From: an uncultured Flavobacteriaceae bacterium
Lineage (GTDB): Bacteria > Bacteroidota > Bacteroidia > Flavobacteriales > Flavobacteriaceae
Direction: 5' to 3'
NCBI GenBank assembly: GCA_937923515.1
Contig: CALDUF010000057.1
Location: 230-64,229, forward strand
DNA: 64,000 bases
Part shown: positions 1 to 10,335 of the stretch, one piece after another
Layout: each line of letters opens with the position of its first letter
Numbering within the stretch: the stretch's first letter is position 1
The notes under the pieces: generated by a model
Told to the model about the DNA's origin: nothing
The model's input: the letters and a program-made list of their open reading frames with translations, nothing else
The model's database searches: none
Made by a program: the position numbers and the translations under genes

Positions 1-146
1 ATTGCTGAGTTAGGTTTTTTAGGCGTTGTTGTGTAAACACGAGTACATACACCACGTCTTTGCGGACAAGAATCTAAAGCAGCCGATTTACTCTTCTTGG
101 TTATTTTGGCTCTTCCTTTTCTTACTAATTGTGAAATTGTTGGCAT
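1..146 (-). CDS. rpsL: 30S ribosomal protein S12, 5' part (runs off window start)
   Basis: Not in the ORF track. Reverse-strand translation from ATG at 146 gives [48 protein letters not shown], with the S12 signature TPKKPNSA. Confidence 0.98.
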   Translation of the reverse strand, partial: MPTISQLVRKGRAKITKKSKSAALDSCPQRRGVCTRVYTTTPKKPNSA

Positions 147-189
147 ATATTTCTATATAAAATTTTATTAACCTCTATTTAGAGGCGTG

Positions 190-197
190 CAAAGGTA
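190..197 (-). promoter_or_regulatory. Bacteroidota sigma-A -7 element (TACCTTTG) for rpsL
   Basis: Exact TAnnTTTG match 44 nt upstream of the rpsL ATG. Confidence 0.7.
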
Positions 198-323
198 GAA
201 ATTAAAATCAATTATTCAAACCCTAATTCATTAATTTTGAAGAGTTTTTGAAATTAAATTTTTTAGACATATTAAAAGTGTTCTTTTTCCGTTAGATTTA
301 CACTAAAATATACTGACATTAGC

Positions 324-2018
324 GTGCAGAAATCCTATTTCTTTATCCTTATTATATATACTTTTTTTTCTTCGGAAGTATTTACCCAAAATTTAGAACT
401 ACATGTTTTTGGCGAAACAATTGAAGAAAATAACACAATTGATGCTATTGGATACAAAAAACTGCACAAAAATTTCTTGTCTGTTAAAAATGAAGTTGAC
501 TCTTTGAGAAGACATCTCAACAAGATTGGATACATCGAAAACAAACTTACAGGTATTAACAAGAAGAACGATTCGATTTTCAATGCAAAACTTCAATTAA
601 AACAAAAATACAGCACATTACATGTGTATTACTCTAAAACAAATTTAAATGCATCTGTTTTAAATACAATTTCTAAAGACGTAACTGAAGATTATTTTGT
701 TGTAAATATTACAGAAACTGAAAATGTACTAAATCTATTAAATTCTGAGTTCGCAAACCAAGGTTATCCGTTTACAAAACTTAAACTTTTAAACATAAAA
801 AAAAAGAGTTCTAAGAATCTTAGTGCTGAGTTAGTTGTTGCAACAAACAACAAAAAGAGAACTATAAATACTATTAAAATAGTAGGTTACGACAAATTCC
901 CACAGTCGTATATAAAACATTATCTTAAACTAAAAACATCACAAGTTTTTGATTTAGCCGAAATAGAAAAAAAAACAGAACAACTCAATAACCTAAGATT
1001 TGCTAACCAAGTAAAGGCACCCGAGGTTTTATTTAAAGAAGATTCTACGTCCTTATATATATATGTAGAAAAATCTAAAAGTAATGCTTTTGACGGCTTT
1101 TTAGGCTTTGGCACCAATGATGAAACCAATAAATTAGAATTTGACGGCTTTTTAAATTTAAGATTAACCAATAACTTAAATTATGGCGAAACGTTTAGCT
1201 TATTATATAAGAGTGATGAAATTGACCAAGTAACTTTTGATGCAAGTATAGAATTACCATATTTATTTAACACACCGTTAGGTATTGGCGCAAACCTTAG
1301 AATTTTCAAAAAAGACTCATCGTTTACTACCGTTGATCAAAAAATACGTTTGAATTATCAAATTAATGCACTTCATAAAGTTGCAACTGGAATTTCTAAT
1401 ATAACATCTAGTAACTTACGATCTGATAATACAACAACCACACTACAAGATTACAATTCTAATTATTACACTGCATCATACGAATATTTAAAACCACAAT
1501 TTTATGATATTCTTTTTCCAATCAAATCAAACTTTTATTTAGAAACAAACTTTGGCAACAGGACATCTTCTAACATTAAAACCAAACAATCCTTAATAAC
1601 ACTAAAAGCATTCAATAACTTTACTCTAAACAGAAAAAACAGTATTTATTTAAATATTGATGCATCCAATCTTACTTCTAATAATTATTTTGAAAACGAA
1701 TTATTAAGGTTTGGCGGTATAAATTCAATTCGTGGTTTCGAAGAAAACAGTTTGTTTGCTTCATTATACGGTGTTCTAAATACGGAATACAGATACCGCG
1801 TTAGTAATTCAATTTATATTCACTCTATCTCTGATGTAGGCTATTTTGAAAACAAAACCTTAAACACTAAAGAAAAACTTTTTGGATTCGGCTTTGGTTT
1901 TGGAATTCTTACAAATTCTGGCCTTTTAAAGTTTAATTATGCCAATGGTAAAAATGAGAATCAGAAATTTAAGTTATCAAATTCTAAGATTCATATAAGT
2001 TTGATTGCAAATTTCTAG
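324..2018 (+). CDS. Omp85/BamA-TamA family outer membrane protein (POTRA plus beta-barrel)
   Basis: Signal peptide, POTRA-like segments (NQGYPF), LRFGGINSIRGFEE (VRGF-like Omp85 motif) and C-terminal Phe. Confidence 0.75.
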   Translation: MQKSYFFILIIYTFFSSEVFTQNLELHVFGETIEENNTIDAIGYKKLHKNFLSVKNEVDSLRRHLNKIGYIENKLTGINKKNDSIFNAKLQLKQKYSTLHVYYSKTNLNASVLNTISKDVTEDYFVVNITETENVLNLLNSEFANQGYPFTKLKLLNIKKKSSKNLSAELVVATNNKKRTINTIKIVGYDKFPQSYIKHYLKLKTSQVFDLAEIEKKTEQLNNLRFANQVKAPEVLFKEDSTSLYIYVEKSKSNAFDGFLGFGTNDETNKLEFDGFLNLRLTNNLNYGETFSLLYKSDEIDQVTFDASIELPYLFNTPLGIGANLRIFKKDSSFTTVDQKIRLNYQINALHKVATGISNITSSNLRSDNTTTTLQDYNSNYYTASYEYLKPQFYDILFPIKSNFYLETNFGNRTSSNIKTKQSLITLKAFNNFTLNRKNSIYLNIDASNLTSNNYFENELLRFGGINSIRGFEENSLFASLYGVLNTEYRYRVSNSIYIHSISDVGYFENKTLNTKEKLFGFGFGFGILTNSGLLKFNYANGKNENQKFKLSNSKIHISLIANF

Positions 2019-2135
2019 TAAAAATTTGACATTTTGATAATATTTAAACCAAACAAGTAAATTTTAACCAAAAATTATTGTTTAATTAACTTTTTATTAT
2101 GATTTTTGACATTGACTAATTCAAATAATTATAAA

Positions 2136-5100
2136 ATGAAAACAAAGTTTAGTGGATTTTTAACGCTACTACTAGCGTTTGTGGTGCATGTTTCTTTTGC
2201 ACAAGAAAAGACAGTTACTGGTATTATTACAGACCAAGATGGTTTACCTCTTCCAGCTACTACTGTTTTAGTTAAAGGTACTACAAATGGTACTTCATCT
2301 GATTTCGATGGAAATTATTCAATAAAAGCTAATCAGGGTGATGTTCTTGTGTACAGTTTTGTTGGTTATAAATCGAAAGAAGTTGTAGTTGGGGCATCCA
2401 GTACAATCAACGTAACTTTAGCTGAGGATGCAGAAGCACTAGCTGAAGTAATAATTACGGCACGAAGTATATTTGACGTTGGTAACGAGATTGATAATGG
2501 TGTTTCTGCTATGAGTTCTGAAGATTTGAAAACTGTAGTAAATACAGTTTCTATTGATAGAGCACTACAAGGTAACTTAGCTGGTGTAAATGTGGTATCG
2601 GCAAATCAAGCACCTGGTGCTACTGCTAACGTTATTGTTAGAGGTGCATTTAGCCCAACTGGTGGTCTTCAAAACCCGCTTTATGTTGTTGACGGAACAT
2701 ATATGAATGCTGAAGATTTGGTATCTGTAAATTCTAACAATATTGAGTCTGTTCAGGTTTTAACCGATGCCTCTCAAACTGCACTTTATGGAAGTAGAGG
2801 TGCTAATGGAGTTGTAATAATAACAACAAAAAGAGGAAAAAAGGGAGAAGCATCTATTACTTTAAATACAAGGAGTGGATGGTCTAACCGTTTTCCAATC
2901 AGAACTCCGCTGATGAATTCTAGACAAAAATTAGAATACGAGAATAAATTGGCAGGAGTGGTTAACCCTGTAACTGGAAATCCATTAGGATTAGGAGTAG
3001 CAAGAACAGCTGCTGAAATAGACGAACTAGCCCAAATTGATAATCCTTGGGAAGACATACTTTACAATACTGGCTTAAGTTCTTCTTACAACTTATCAAT
3101 CACAAACGGTAGCGATAATTCGACAAATAGATTTTCACTTGGATATGATTCTGAAGAAGGCATCGTTGAAGGTTACGAAGGTTTTCAACGTATCTCTGCA
3201 TCTTTAGGAAACAACACAACAATAAACGAAAGTTTAAACTTTGGATACACGGTAAGTGGAGCTTACAGTGTAATTGACGATCCAAGAGATAGAAGAAACG
3301 TACAATCACCTTTCTGGTCTGAATTAAATAACAATCCATACGCAACGTTATACGTACAAAACCCTGATGGTAGTTTTGTTTTAGACGATAGAGGAGAAAG
3401 AATATTTAACAGAAGTGGTATAAACAGTTTTGGTTATCAAGTACTTGACGAAGTTTTTGGGACAGATCAAGAAAGAAGAAACTTAAGAATCTTTGGATCA
3501 GCTTTTTTCGAAGCCTTAATTACACCAGAATTAAAAGTAAGAACCCAAATTGGTGCTAATTATGATAGAACTCAAAATGAAAACTTCCTAAGACCTTCAG
3601 CACTATTAAATTCATTTATAGGTACTCAAGGTACAAAATCAGATGTTTCAAGTGATCGATTAGATTACAACTGGAGAAATGAAATCACGTATGCTAAATC
3701 TTTTGGCGATCATAATATGAGTGCTACAGTAGCATCAGAATATACAAAAGATAATTTCTATAGAATTGAGCTTAATGGTAGAACATTTCCAAATGATTTC
3801 CAAAACACGCAAAATTTAGCTGGAACTATAGATCCAGATTCTGAAACTTCGCGTTTTGGTATATCACGTTTTGGTTATATAGGAGCATTAAAATACAATT
3901 TCGCTAATAAATACTTTATTAACGGATATTTTAGAAGAGACGGATCATCGTTAGCTGGTTTAGATAACCAGTATGGTAACTTCTTTGGTGCTTCGGTAGC
4001 TTGGGATATTGCAAAAGAATCTTTTATGGATTCAGCAGATTGGGTAAATTCACTTAAATTTGCAGGTTCTTGGGGTACATTGGGTAATGATAATGTATTA
4101 GGTCTTTATTCAAACTTCACAACTATATCAACTGCAGGTGTATTATATGGAAATAATCCAGCAGCTATTCCATCAGTAACTGTAGCAAATCCAAATGCAA
4201 CTTGGGAAACCAATGAAAAATTTAATGTTGGTATAGCTTTTGAATTACTTCAAAATTCAAGATTACGTGGTAAAATCGACTACTTTACCGATACAAGAAG
4301 TGATTTCCTTTTTGAACAAGAATTTGCTTTTGAATCAGGAAGCTACACGAGTTTTATAAACGCTGGTGAAAGTAAAACTTCAGGTTGGGAATTCGATTTG
4401 AGCTATGATATTTTTAGAAATCCTGACGGTTTTAACTTGACAGTTTTTGGTAATATCACAGGTTTAGAATATGAAATAACTGATTTAGTACAAGATCAAT
4501 TCTTGATAGCATTCCCAGGAGGTCAAGTAGTTCATGAAGTTGGTTTAGAACCATTCACTTTTAACTTAGTACGTTACGTAGGCGTTGATCCTTCAAATGG
4601 AGATGCACTTTACCTAGATAGCGATGATAATGTTACTAACGTGTTTTCTGCTCAAGACGCAGTTCCAATTGAAGGGAAATCTGTATTACCTGAGTTTTTT
4701 GGTGGTTTTGGTTTAAATGCTAGTTATAAAGGATTTGATATCTCTACAAACTTTAATTATTCTGCTGGTAACTACGTTTATAACTTAACAGCATTAAATT
4801 CTTATGATTTTGGAGGTTCAAGTGCACGTAATAACAGATTTGTTGGAGCCGAAAATTTTTGGACGCAACCAGGTGATACAAATGTTTTACCAAGACCAAC
4901 TGTAAATGGACTTGAATCTAACTCAACACAGTTCTTACAGGATGCTTCATACTTAGCATGGAGAAACCTAACACTAGGTTATACATTGGATGGTGATGCG
5001 CTTAGAAATGTTCCAATTAACTTTATTAGAATGTATGTACAAGCTCAAGGTCTAGCTATTTGGTCTGGTTTTGATGGAAACCCTGAGATTGGAGATGGAT

Positions 5101-5201
5101 CTACTGAAGATAATAATGCAGTAGATGTTGCTGGTGCATATTCAGCTTACACATACCCTAGAGTAAGATCGTTTAACTTTGGTGTAGATATTAATTTTTA
5201 A
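2136..5201 (+). CDS. susC: SusC/RagA family TonB-dependent transporter
   Basis: N-terminal CarboxypepD_reg-like domain, plug motifs NPLYVVDG and LYGSRGANGVVIITTKRG, C-terminal YPRVRSFNFGVDINF. Start moved to ATG 2136 (MKTKF). Confidence 0.95.
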   Translation: MKTKFSGFLTLLLAFVVHVSFAQEKTVTGIITDQDGLPLPATTVLVKGTTNGTSSDFDGNYSIKANQGDVLVYSFVGYKSKEVVVGASSTINVTLAEDAEALAEVIITARSIFDVGNEIDNGVSAMSSEDLKTVVNTVSIDRALQGNLAGVNVVSANQAPGATANVIVRGAFSPTGGLQNPLYVVDGTYMNAEDLVSVNSNNIESVQVLTDASQTALYGSRGANGVVIITTKRGKKGEASITLNTRSGWSNRFPIRTPLMNSRQKLEYENKLAGVVNPVTGNPLGLGVARTAAEIDELAQIDNPWEDILYNTGLSSSYNLSITNGSDNSTNRFSLGYDSEEGIVEGYEGFQRISASLGNNTTINESLNFGYTVSGAYSVIDDPRDRRNVQSPFWSELNNNPYATLYVQNPDGSFVLDDRGERIFNRSGINSFGYQVLDEVFGTDQERRNLRIFGSAFFEALITPELKVRTQIGANYDRTQNENFLRPSALLNSFIGTQGTKSDVSSDRLDYNWRNEITYAKSFGDHNMSATVASEYTKDNFYRIELNGRTFPNDFQNTQNLAGTIDPDSETSRFGISRFGYIGALKYNFANKYFINGYFRRDGSSLAGLDNQYGNFFGASVAWDIAKESFMDSADWVNSLKFAGSWGTLGNDNVLGLYSNFTTISTAGVLYGNNPAAIPSVTVANPNATWETNEKFNVGIAFELLQNSRLRGKIDYFTDTRSDFLFEQEFAFESGSYTSFINAGESKTSGWEFDLSYDIFRNPDGFNLTVFGNITGLEYEITDLVQDQFLIAFPGGQVVHEVGLEPFTFNLVRYVGVDPSNGDALYLDSDDNVTNVFSAQDAVPIEGKSVLPEFFGGFGLNASYKGFDISTNFNYSAGNYVYNLTALNSYDFGGSSARNNRFVGAENFWTQPGDTNVLPRPTVNGLESNSTQFLQDASYLAWRNLTLGYTLDGDALRNVPINFIRMYVQAQGLAIWSGFDGNPEIGDGSTEDNNAVDVAGAYSAYTYPRVRSFNFGVDINF

Positions 5202-5211
5202 AAAAACAACT

Positions 5212-6681
5212 ATGAAAATAAATAAATTATACAAATATCTTTTTATTGCTTTCTTAACATTTGGATGTTCAGACGAAGATATATTTGAAATAGATCCCGA
5301 TAGTATCGTAATTGAAAACTTCTTTCAAACTGAAGAAGAGTTTACGTTAGCAATTCGAGGGGCATACAATAGAATGAAAACTGTGGGTTATTATGGAGGA
5401 TCTGGAGCTTCTGGTGACTTGATTATCACAGGAGACCTATTATCTGATAATTTAATTACAAATGCAGAAGGACGTGGTTCTAACTTTAGAAGTCATAACT
5501 GGCAATATAATGATAACACCATTCCTACAGCTATTTACGATCAGGCTTACAGAATAATTTCTAGAGCTAATTTAGTTTTAGATAATGTTGGCAATTTACC
5601 AGAAGGTGAATTTAAAAACCGTATTACTGCTGAAGCCCTAGCTTTGAGAGCAATTGTACACTTTGATGTAGCACGCTTCTTTTCTCAAATCCCAACGCAA
5701 AGTAGTGGTGCTAGCGGTTCTTTAGGTATTGCTTATTTAGAGACTTTCGATCCAATTTTATTACCGTCAAGATTATCTACTGTTTCTGAAGTGTACGAAA
5801 GAATTAATGCTGATTTAGACAGAGCAGTTAGCCTTATGGTTCCTGGTCCAGCACCAGAAATTGGTAGATTTGATTTAAATGCCATTAGAGGTTTAATTAC
5901 TCGTGTAGCATTATATGAAGGTGATTACGAAAGAGTTATTCAATTTGGCCAACCTGTTATTGATGCAGAAGCTCCAGCTGCTGCATCGCAACTAGCAACC
6001 TTATGGACTTCAGCTAGTAGTCAAGGTGTACTTTTTGAACTTCCTTTCATTGTATCAGATCCTTTATTAGATAGTAATTACAGTCAAGGTACTGGCGCGT
6101 CTATGCTTGCAGAATATAGTGTTGACAGAGCCTTTTTCGATTTATATGATCAAGCCACTGAGCCAGAAAGGCATGCAGCTTACTTTCAAATTAACAACAA
6201 TTGGATTGTGTGTAACAAATACATTAACGGTGCTTTACAAACTGGTTTGAATAATGGACGCTACTTGAGAGTGGAAGAAGTGATTTTAAACGTAGCAGAA
6301 GCTCATTTTTTAAGTTCTTCTCCAAACGAATCTAGAGCACTTGCAACACTTGATTTATTAAGAAATGTTAGATACTCAAGTTTTACTGGAGGTGAATCTG
6401 GAAGTGATTTATTTGATTCAATAATGCTAGAGAGAAGAAAAGAACTAGCTTTTGAATCAAGTGATAGATGGTTTACATTAAAAAGATTACAAAATGTTCC
6501 TGGTATACCTGACATATATAAACAAGGTGTTATTCGTTCTGGTAATGGATACTTAGCAGATGGAACTGGTACTGCTCCTGCAGAATTAAGATTACCTGCT
6601 GGTGACCATCGTTGGCAATTACCTATACAACAGGTCTATATTGATCAAAATCCTAATATTCAACAAAATCCCGGTTACTAA
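5212..6681 (+). CDS. susD: SusD/RagB family nutrient-binding lipoprotein
   Basis: Lipobox TFGC, motifs EALALRAIVHF and ERRKELAFE, C-terminal QQNPGY; directly after susC. Confidence 0.95.
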   Translation: MKINKLYKYLFIAFLTFGCSDEDIFEIDPDSIVIENFFQTEEEFTLAIRGAYNRMKTVGYYGGSGASGDLIITGDLLSDNLITNAEGRGSNFRSHNWQYNDNTIPTAIYDQAYRIISRANLVLDNVGNLPEGEFKNRITAEALALRAIVHFDVARFFSQIPTQSSGASGSLGIAYLETFDPILLPSRLSTVSEVYERINADLDRAVSLMVPGPAPEIGRFDLNAIRGLITRVALYEGDYERVIQFGQPVIDAEAPAAASQLATLWTSASSQGVLFELPFIVSDPLLDSNYSQGTGASMLAEYSVDRAFFDLYDQATEPERHAAYFQINNNWIVCNKYINGALQTGLNNGRYLRVEEVILNVAEAHFLSSSPNESRALATLDLLRNVRYSSFTGGESGSDLFDSIMLERRKELAFESSDRWFTLKRLQNVPGIPDIYKQGVIRSGNGYLADGTGTAPAELRLPAGDHRWQLPIQQVYIDQNPNIQQNPGY

Positions 6682-6692
6682 AATATATTTCT

Positions 6693-7487
6693 ATGAAAAC
6701 AAAATTTAATTTAATAATTTGTCTTGTGGCTGTTGTTCTTTTTAGCACCAGCTGTGAAGAAGACAATTCGACTTTTGACACTTTTGATGGTCCAACATTG
6801 ATATCTTTTAGGCAAAACGCATTTGAGCTATCTGTTCCTCAAGAAGACATTACACTTGAAATTCCAGTGAGTGCATCAACTCTTAGCACAACAGCTAGAA
6901 CTTTTAATGCTACAGCTACAGATGCAACTGAGGGAAGTGCTAATGAGTACAGTATTGGTTCAATTACTATTCCTGCAAATGAATATATTGGAACATTAAC
7001 TGTAGATTTCGATTTCTCTGAGATTGGTGGAAATGATGGAGATATTAGACAATTAACTATTGGAATTGATGCACCTGCAGACGCTATTGCCTACAGCAGT
7101 GCGGCTACAGTTAGTTATTTTAAAGAAATAGTTTGTAATGATTTAAATCTTACAATAATTTCAGATCAATGGGCTACAGAAACTTACTTTAGCTTGGAAA
7201 CTGCTGATGGTACTGTTTTAGCACCTAGATTCTTTCCATTCGCTGGAAATGGATTTGGACAGGTCTATGAATTAGATTTCACACTACCTGATGGTGATTA
7301 TATTCTAAAAATAGGTGATGCTTTTGGAGATGGTATGGTGTCTACCCCTGGTAATGGAAGCTACTCGCTTACATGTTCTATTATTACGCATGCGTCTGGT
7401 GGTGGAGAATTCGCAGCAACGCCTGATCCATTTAATGGTGCACCTGATGCCATTATTGAAGTTACAGAATTTAGCGTAAATCCTTAA
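6693..7487 (+). CDS. SusE-position surface lipoprotein (Ig-like domain plus C-terminal DxxGDG domain)
   Basis: Lipobox STSC followed by acidic residues (EEDN); C-terminal DGDYILKIGDAFGDGM...GSY segment. Confidence 0.75.
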   Translation: MKTKFNLIICLVAVVLFSTSCEEDNSTFDTFDGPTLISFRQNAFELSVPQEDITLEIPVSASTLSTTARTFNATATDATEGSANEYSIGSITIPANEYIGTLTVDFDFSEIGGNDGDIRQLTIGIDAPADAIAYSSAATVSYFKEIVCNDLNLTIISDQWATETYFSLETADGTVLAPRFFPFAGNGFGQVYELDFTLPDGDYILKIGDAFGDGMVSTPGNGSYSLTCSIITHASGGGEFAATPDPFNGAPDAIIEVTEFSVNP

Positions 7488-7506
7488 TTCACTTATTATA
7501 AATATC

Positions 7507-7540
7507 AAAAAAAAGGCTACTTTATTGTAGCCTTTTTTTT
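7507..7540 (+). terminator. Intrinsic terminator after susC-susD-lipoprotein
   Basis: A-run AGGCTAC-TTTATT-GTAGCCT T-run. Confidence 0.85.
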
Positions 7541-7554
7541 CAAAAATAATTGTT

Positions 7555-9504
7555 ATGAAAAAATCATTATTTATAATATCTCTTTTATGTTTATCATTGA
7601 ATTTAAGCTCTCAAAATTCGTTAAGCAAAGAACAAAAACTTTTACATGAAAGGGTTTTGGCTTCTCATACCTCTAACAAAGCTCAAATAGAAAATTACCT
7701 ATCAAGAAATTCAAATACAAAACGAGTTTTTAAAGATCGTGATGGTAAAACCTTTGTATTATATAAAATTATTGATGGAAAACCAATATATAGAACTACA
7801 GATAATGATAAAGCAGCCATAGCAACAAAAACCAATGAATTACATACTGGAGGTAGTTTAGGCTTAAATTTAGATGGATCTGGAATAACCATTGGTGTTT
7901 GGGATGGCGGCCCTGTACAAATTACGCACGCCGAGTTTCAGAATGCTGACAATACTGCAAGTAGAGTTGTAAATAACGAAGGATTGACTACTGGTGGAGT
8001 TCCTGAAAATGATGACCATGCAAATCACGTTACCGGAACAATAGCTGCTAAAGGTGTTGATTTGAGAGCTAAAGGAATGGCTCCTGCCGTGTCAATTTTC
8101 ACATATAATTTCAATGATGATACTATGGAAATGACTTCTGTACTTTCCAATCCTCTTTCTAATATGTTTTTATCAAATCACTCTTATGGAATTCCTATTG
8201 AACAAGAAAATGGTAATCAATTAGATCCATGGATTATGGGTATGTATACTAACGGTGCTAGTGAAATTGATGATATTTTAAGAACTTATCCAAATTACTT
8301 GATGGTTACATCTGGTGGAAACGGTGGTCAAGATAATTATACTGGAGGTCTTTTTGCTGGTTTTGATAAGCTCACATCTGCTGCAAATGCTAAAAATAAT
8401 TTAGTGGTTGCAAATGCTTCTCCAACACTATCTCCATTTATTGGTGGAGGGATAACATCTTTAGTAATAAACCCAAGTAGCAGTCAGGGTCCTACCGATG
8501 ATTTAAGAATTAAACCAGATATTGCTGGCGATGGCACAGGCTTATTTTCACCTACAACTTCAGATGGGTACAGTACATTTACTGGAACATCAATGTCATC
8601 ACCAAATGTAACTGGTTCTTTAGCACTCTTACAACAATATTACAATCAACTAAACGGTAATTACATGAAAGCTGCCACACTAAAAGGATTGGCATGCCAT
8701 ACTACATTAGATGATGATGCTAATGCCGGCCCAGACCCTTTATTTGGATGGGGTTTATTAGACGCAAAAGCAGCAGCTGAAGCTATTACTGGAAATAATA
8801 ATGGTACGGCAGTAATAAGTGAACTTACACTTAACGATTCTGAAACGTATACTTTTGATTTTAGTGTTCAAAGCGGGCAAAAATTAATTGCCACGATATG
8901 TTGGACAGATGTTAGAGGAACTCCCTTATCTGGAGAAAGTAATTTCAATAACGCAACACCTAGATTAGTAAATGATTTAGATTTAAGATTGTCTAGAAAT
9001 GGTACAACTTTCTTTCCTTGGAAATTAGATTACTCACCAACTAACGGGTTTAGTAATTCTAAGGCTGATAACAATGTTGATACCGTAGAAAGAATTGATA
9101 TAGAAGTACCAGAAGCTGGCACTTATCAACTTACTGTTTCGCATAAAGGCACTTTACAGCTACCTGGGCCATTTCAAGTACCACCTTTAACACAAGATTT
9201 TTCTTTGATAATTACTGGTGCAGGTTTAACGTTAAGCAATAACGATTTTGAAACTTCAGGTTTTGCTATATGGCCTAATCCTGCTAATGACATTATCAAT
9301 TTTAAAGTTAAAGCACTTGACAGTTCTAAAGTTTTCCTTTCGTTGGTTGATGTTCAAGGCCGTCTAGTCTATTCAAGTAATAGAAATAATTCTGGCCAGT
9401 TTGTAGAGGGAAAAATACCCACAAGCAACCTACAGAAAGGAATTTATATTTTGAATATCAAACAAAATAATTCTACTATTTCTAAGAAAGTAGTCATCCA
9501 ATAA
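7555..9504 (+). CDS. S8 (subtilisin-like) serine protease with T9SS type A C-terminal domain
   Basis: Catalytic triad motifs WDGG, HANHVTGT and GTSMSSP; C-terminal domain WPNPA...GIYILNI...KKVVIQ. Confidence 0.93.
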   Translation: MKKSLFIISLLCLSLNLSSQNSLSKEQKLLHERVLASHTSNKAQIENYLSRNSNTKRVFKDRDGKTFVLYKIIDGKPIYRTTDNDKAAIATKTNELHTGGSLGLNLDGSGITIGVWDGGPVQITHAEFQNADNTASRVVNNEGLTTGGVPENDDHANHVTGTIAAKGVDLRAKGMAPAVSIFTYNFNDDTMEMTSVLSNPLSNMFLSNHSYGIPIEQENGNQLDPWIMGMYTNGASEIDDILRTYPNYLMVTSGGNGGQDNYTGGLFAGFDKLTSAANAKNNLVVANASPTLSPFIGGGITSLVINPSSSQGPTDDLRIKPDIAGDGTGLFSPTTSDGYSTFTGTSMSSPNVTGSLALLQQYYNQLNGNYMKAATLKGLACHTTLDDDANAGPDPLFGWGLLDAKAAAEAITGNNNGTAVISELTLNDSETYTFDFSVQSGQKLIATICWTDVRGTPLSGESNFNNATPRLVNDLDLRLSRNGTTFFPWKLDYSPTNGFSNSKADNNVDTVERIDIEVPEAGTYQLTVSHKGTLQLPGPFQVPPLTQDFSLIITGAGLTLSNNDFETSGFAIWPNPANDIINFKVKALDSSKVFLSLVDVQGRLVYSSNRNNSGQFVEGKIPTSNLQKGIYILNIKQNNSTISKKVVIQ

Positions 9505-9524
9505 AACATTAAATTTTTATATAT

Positions 9525-9557
9525 AAAAAATCTCATTTTTTTAAATGAGGTTTTTTT
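9525..9557 (+). terminator. Intrinsic terminator after the S8 protease
   Basis: CTCATTT...AAATGAG stem flanked by A- and T-runs. Confidence 0.7.
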
Positions 9558-9575
9558 ATTTGCTATTTTTGACAG

Positions 9576-10313
9576 ATGTCTGAACAAACCCAAATATTCG
9601 GTATAAGAGCTATTATTGAAGCGATTAATTCTGGCAAAACTATAGATAAAGTATTTCTACAAAAAGGTCTTAAAGGTGAGCTTTTTACTGAATTAGAAAC
9701 AATGCTTCGCAAAAAGGCTATCAACAGTTCATACGTTCCTGTTGAAAAACTTAATAGACTTACCAAAAGAAATCATCAAGGTGCTGTTGCGCAAATATCA
9801 CCTATCGCGTTTCATGACATGGAAACACTAGTTCTAAATGTTATGGCATCTGGTAAAACACCGCTTTTTCTTCTTTTAGATCAATTGAGTGATGTTCGTA
9901 ATTTTGGTGCTATTATTAGAACTGCAGAATGTACTGGTGTAAACGGTATTATTATTCAAAAAAAAGGAGGTGCTCCTGTTAATGGAGATACTATTAAAAC
10001 AAGTGCAGGCGCCGTTTTTAAAATACCCATTTGCAAGGTAGATCACATTAAGGATGCTGTATTTTACATGCAGGGTTCTGGTATTAAGGTTGTGGCTGCT
10101 ACTGAAAAAACAGACAATACACTTTATAACATTTCGTTTAAAGAACCATGTGCTATAATTATGGGATCTGAAGGGCGTGGTATCAATCCTTCTACTTTAA
10201 AAGTGGTAGATGCTAAAGCTAAACTCCCTTTGCTTGGTACTATTGAATCTTTAAACGTTTCTGTAGCTTGCGGTGCATTTTTATATGAAGTTGTGAGACA
10301 AAGAAGTTCTTAA
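9576..10313 (+). CDS. rlmB: 23S rRNA (Gm2251) 2'-O-methyltransferase
   Basis: SpoU motifs NHQG, DVRNFGAIIRTA, GSEGRG and ESLNVSVA. Confidence 0.93.
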   Translation: MSEQTQIFGIRAIIEAINSGKTIDKVFLQKGLKGELFTELETMLRKKAINSSYVPVEKLNRLTKRNHQGAVAQISPIAFHDMETLVLNVMASGKTPLFLLLDQLSDVRNFGAIIRTAECTGVNGIIIQKKGGAPVNGDTIKTSAGAVFKIPICKVDHIKDAVFYMQGSGIKVVAATEKTDNTLYNISFKEPCAIIMGSEGRGINPSTLKVVDAKAKLPLLGTIESLNVSVACGAFLYEVVRQRSS

Positions 10314-10335
10314 TTATGCTTATATAAAAAACTGC

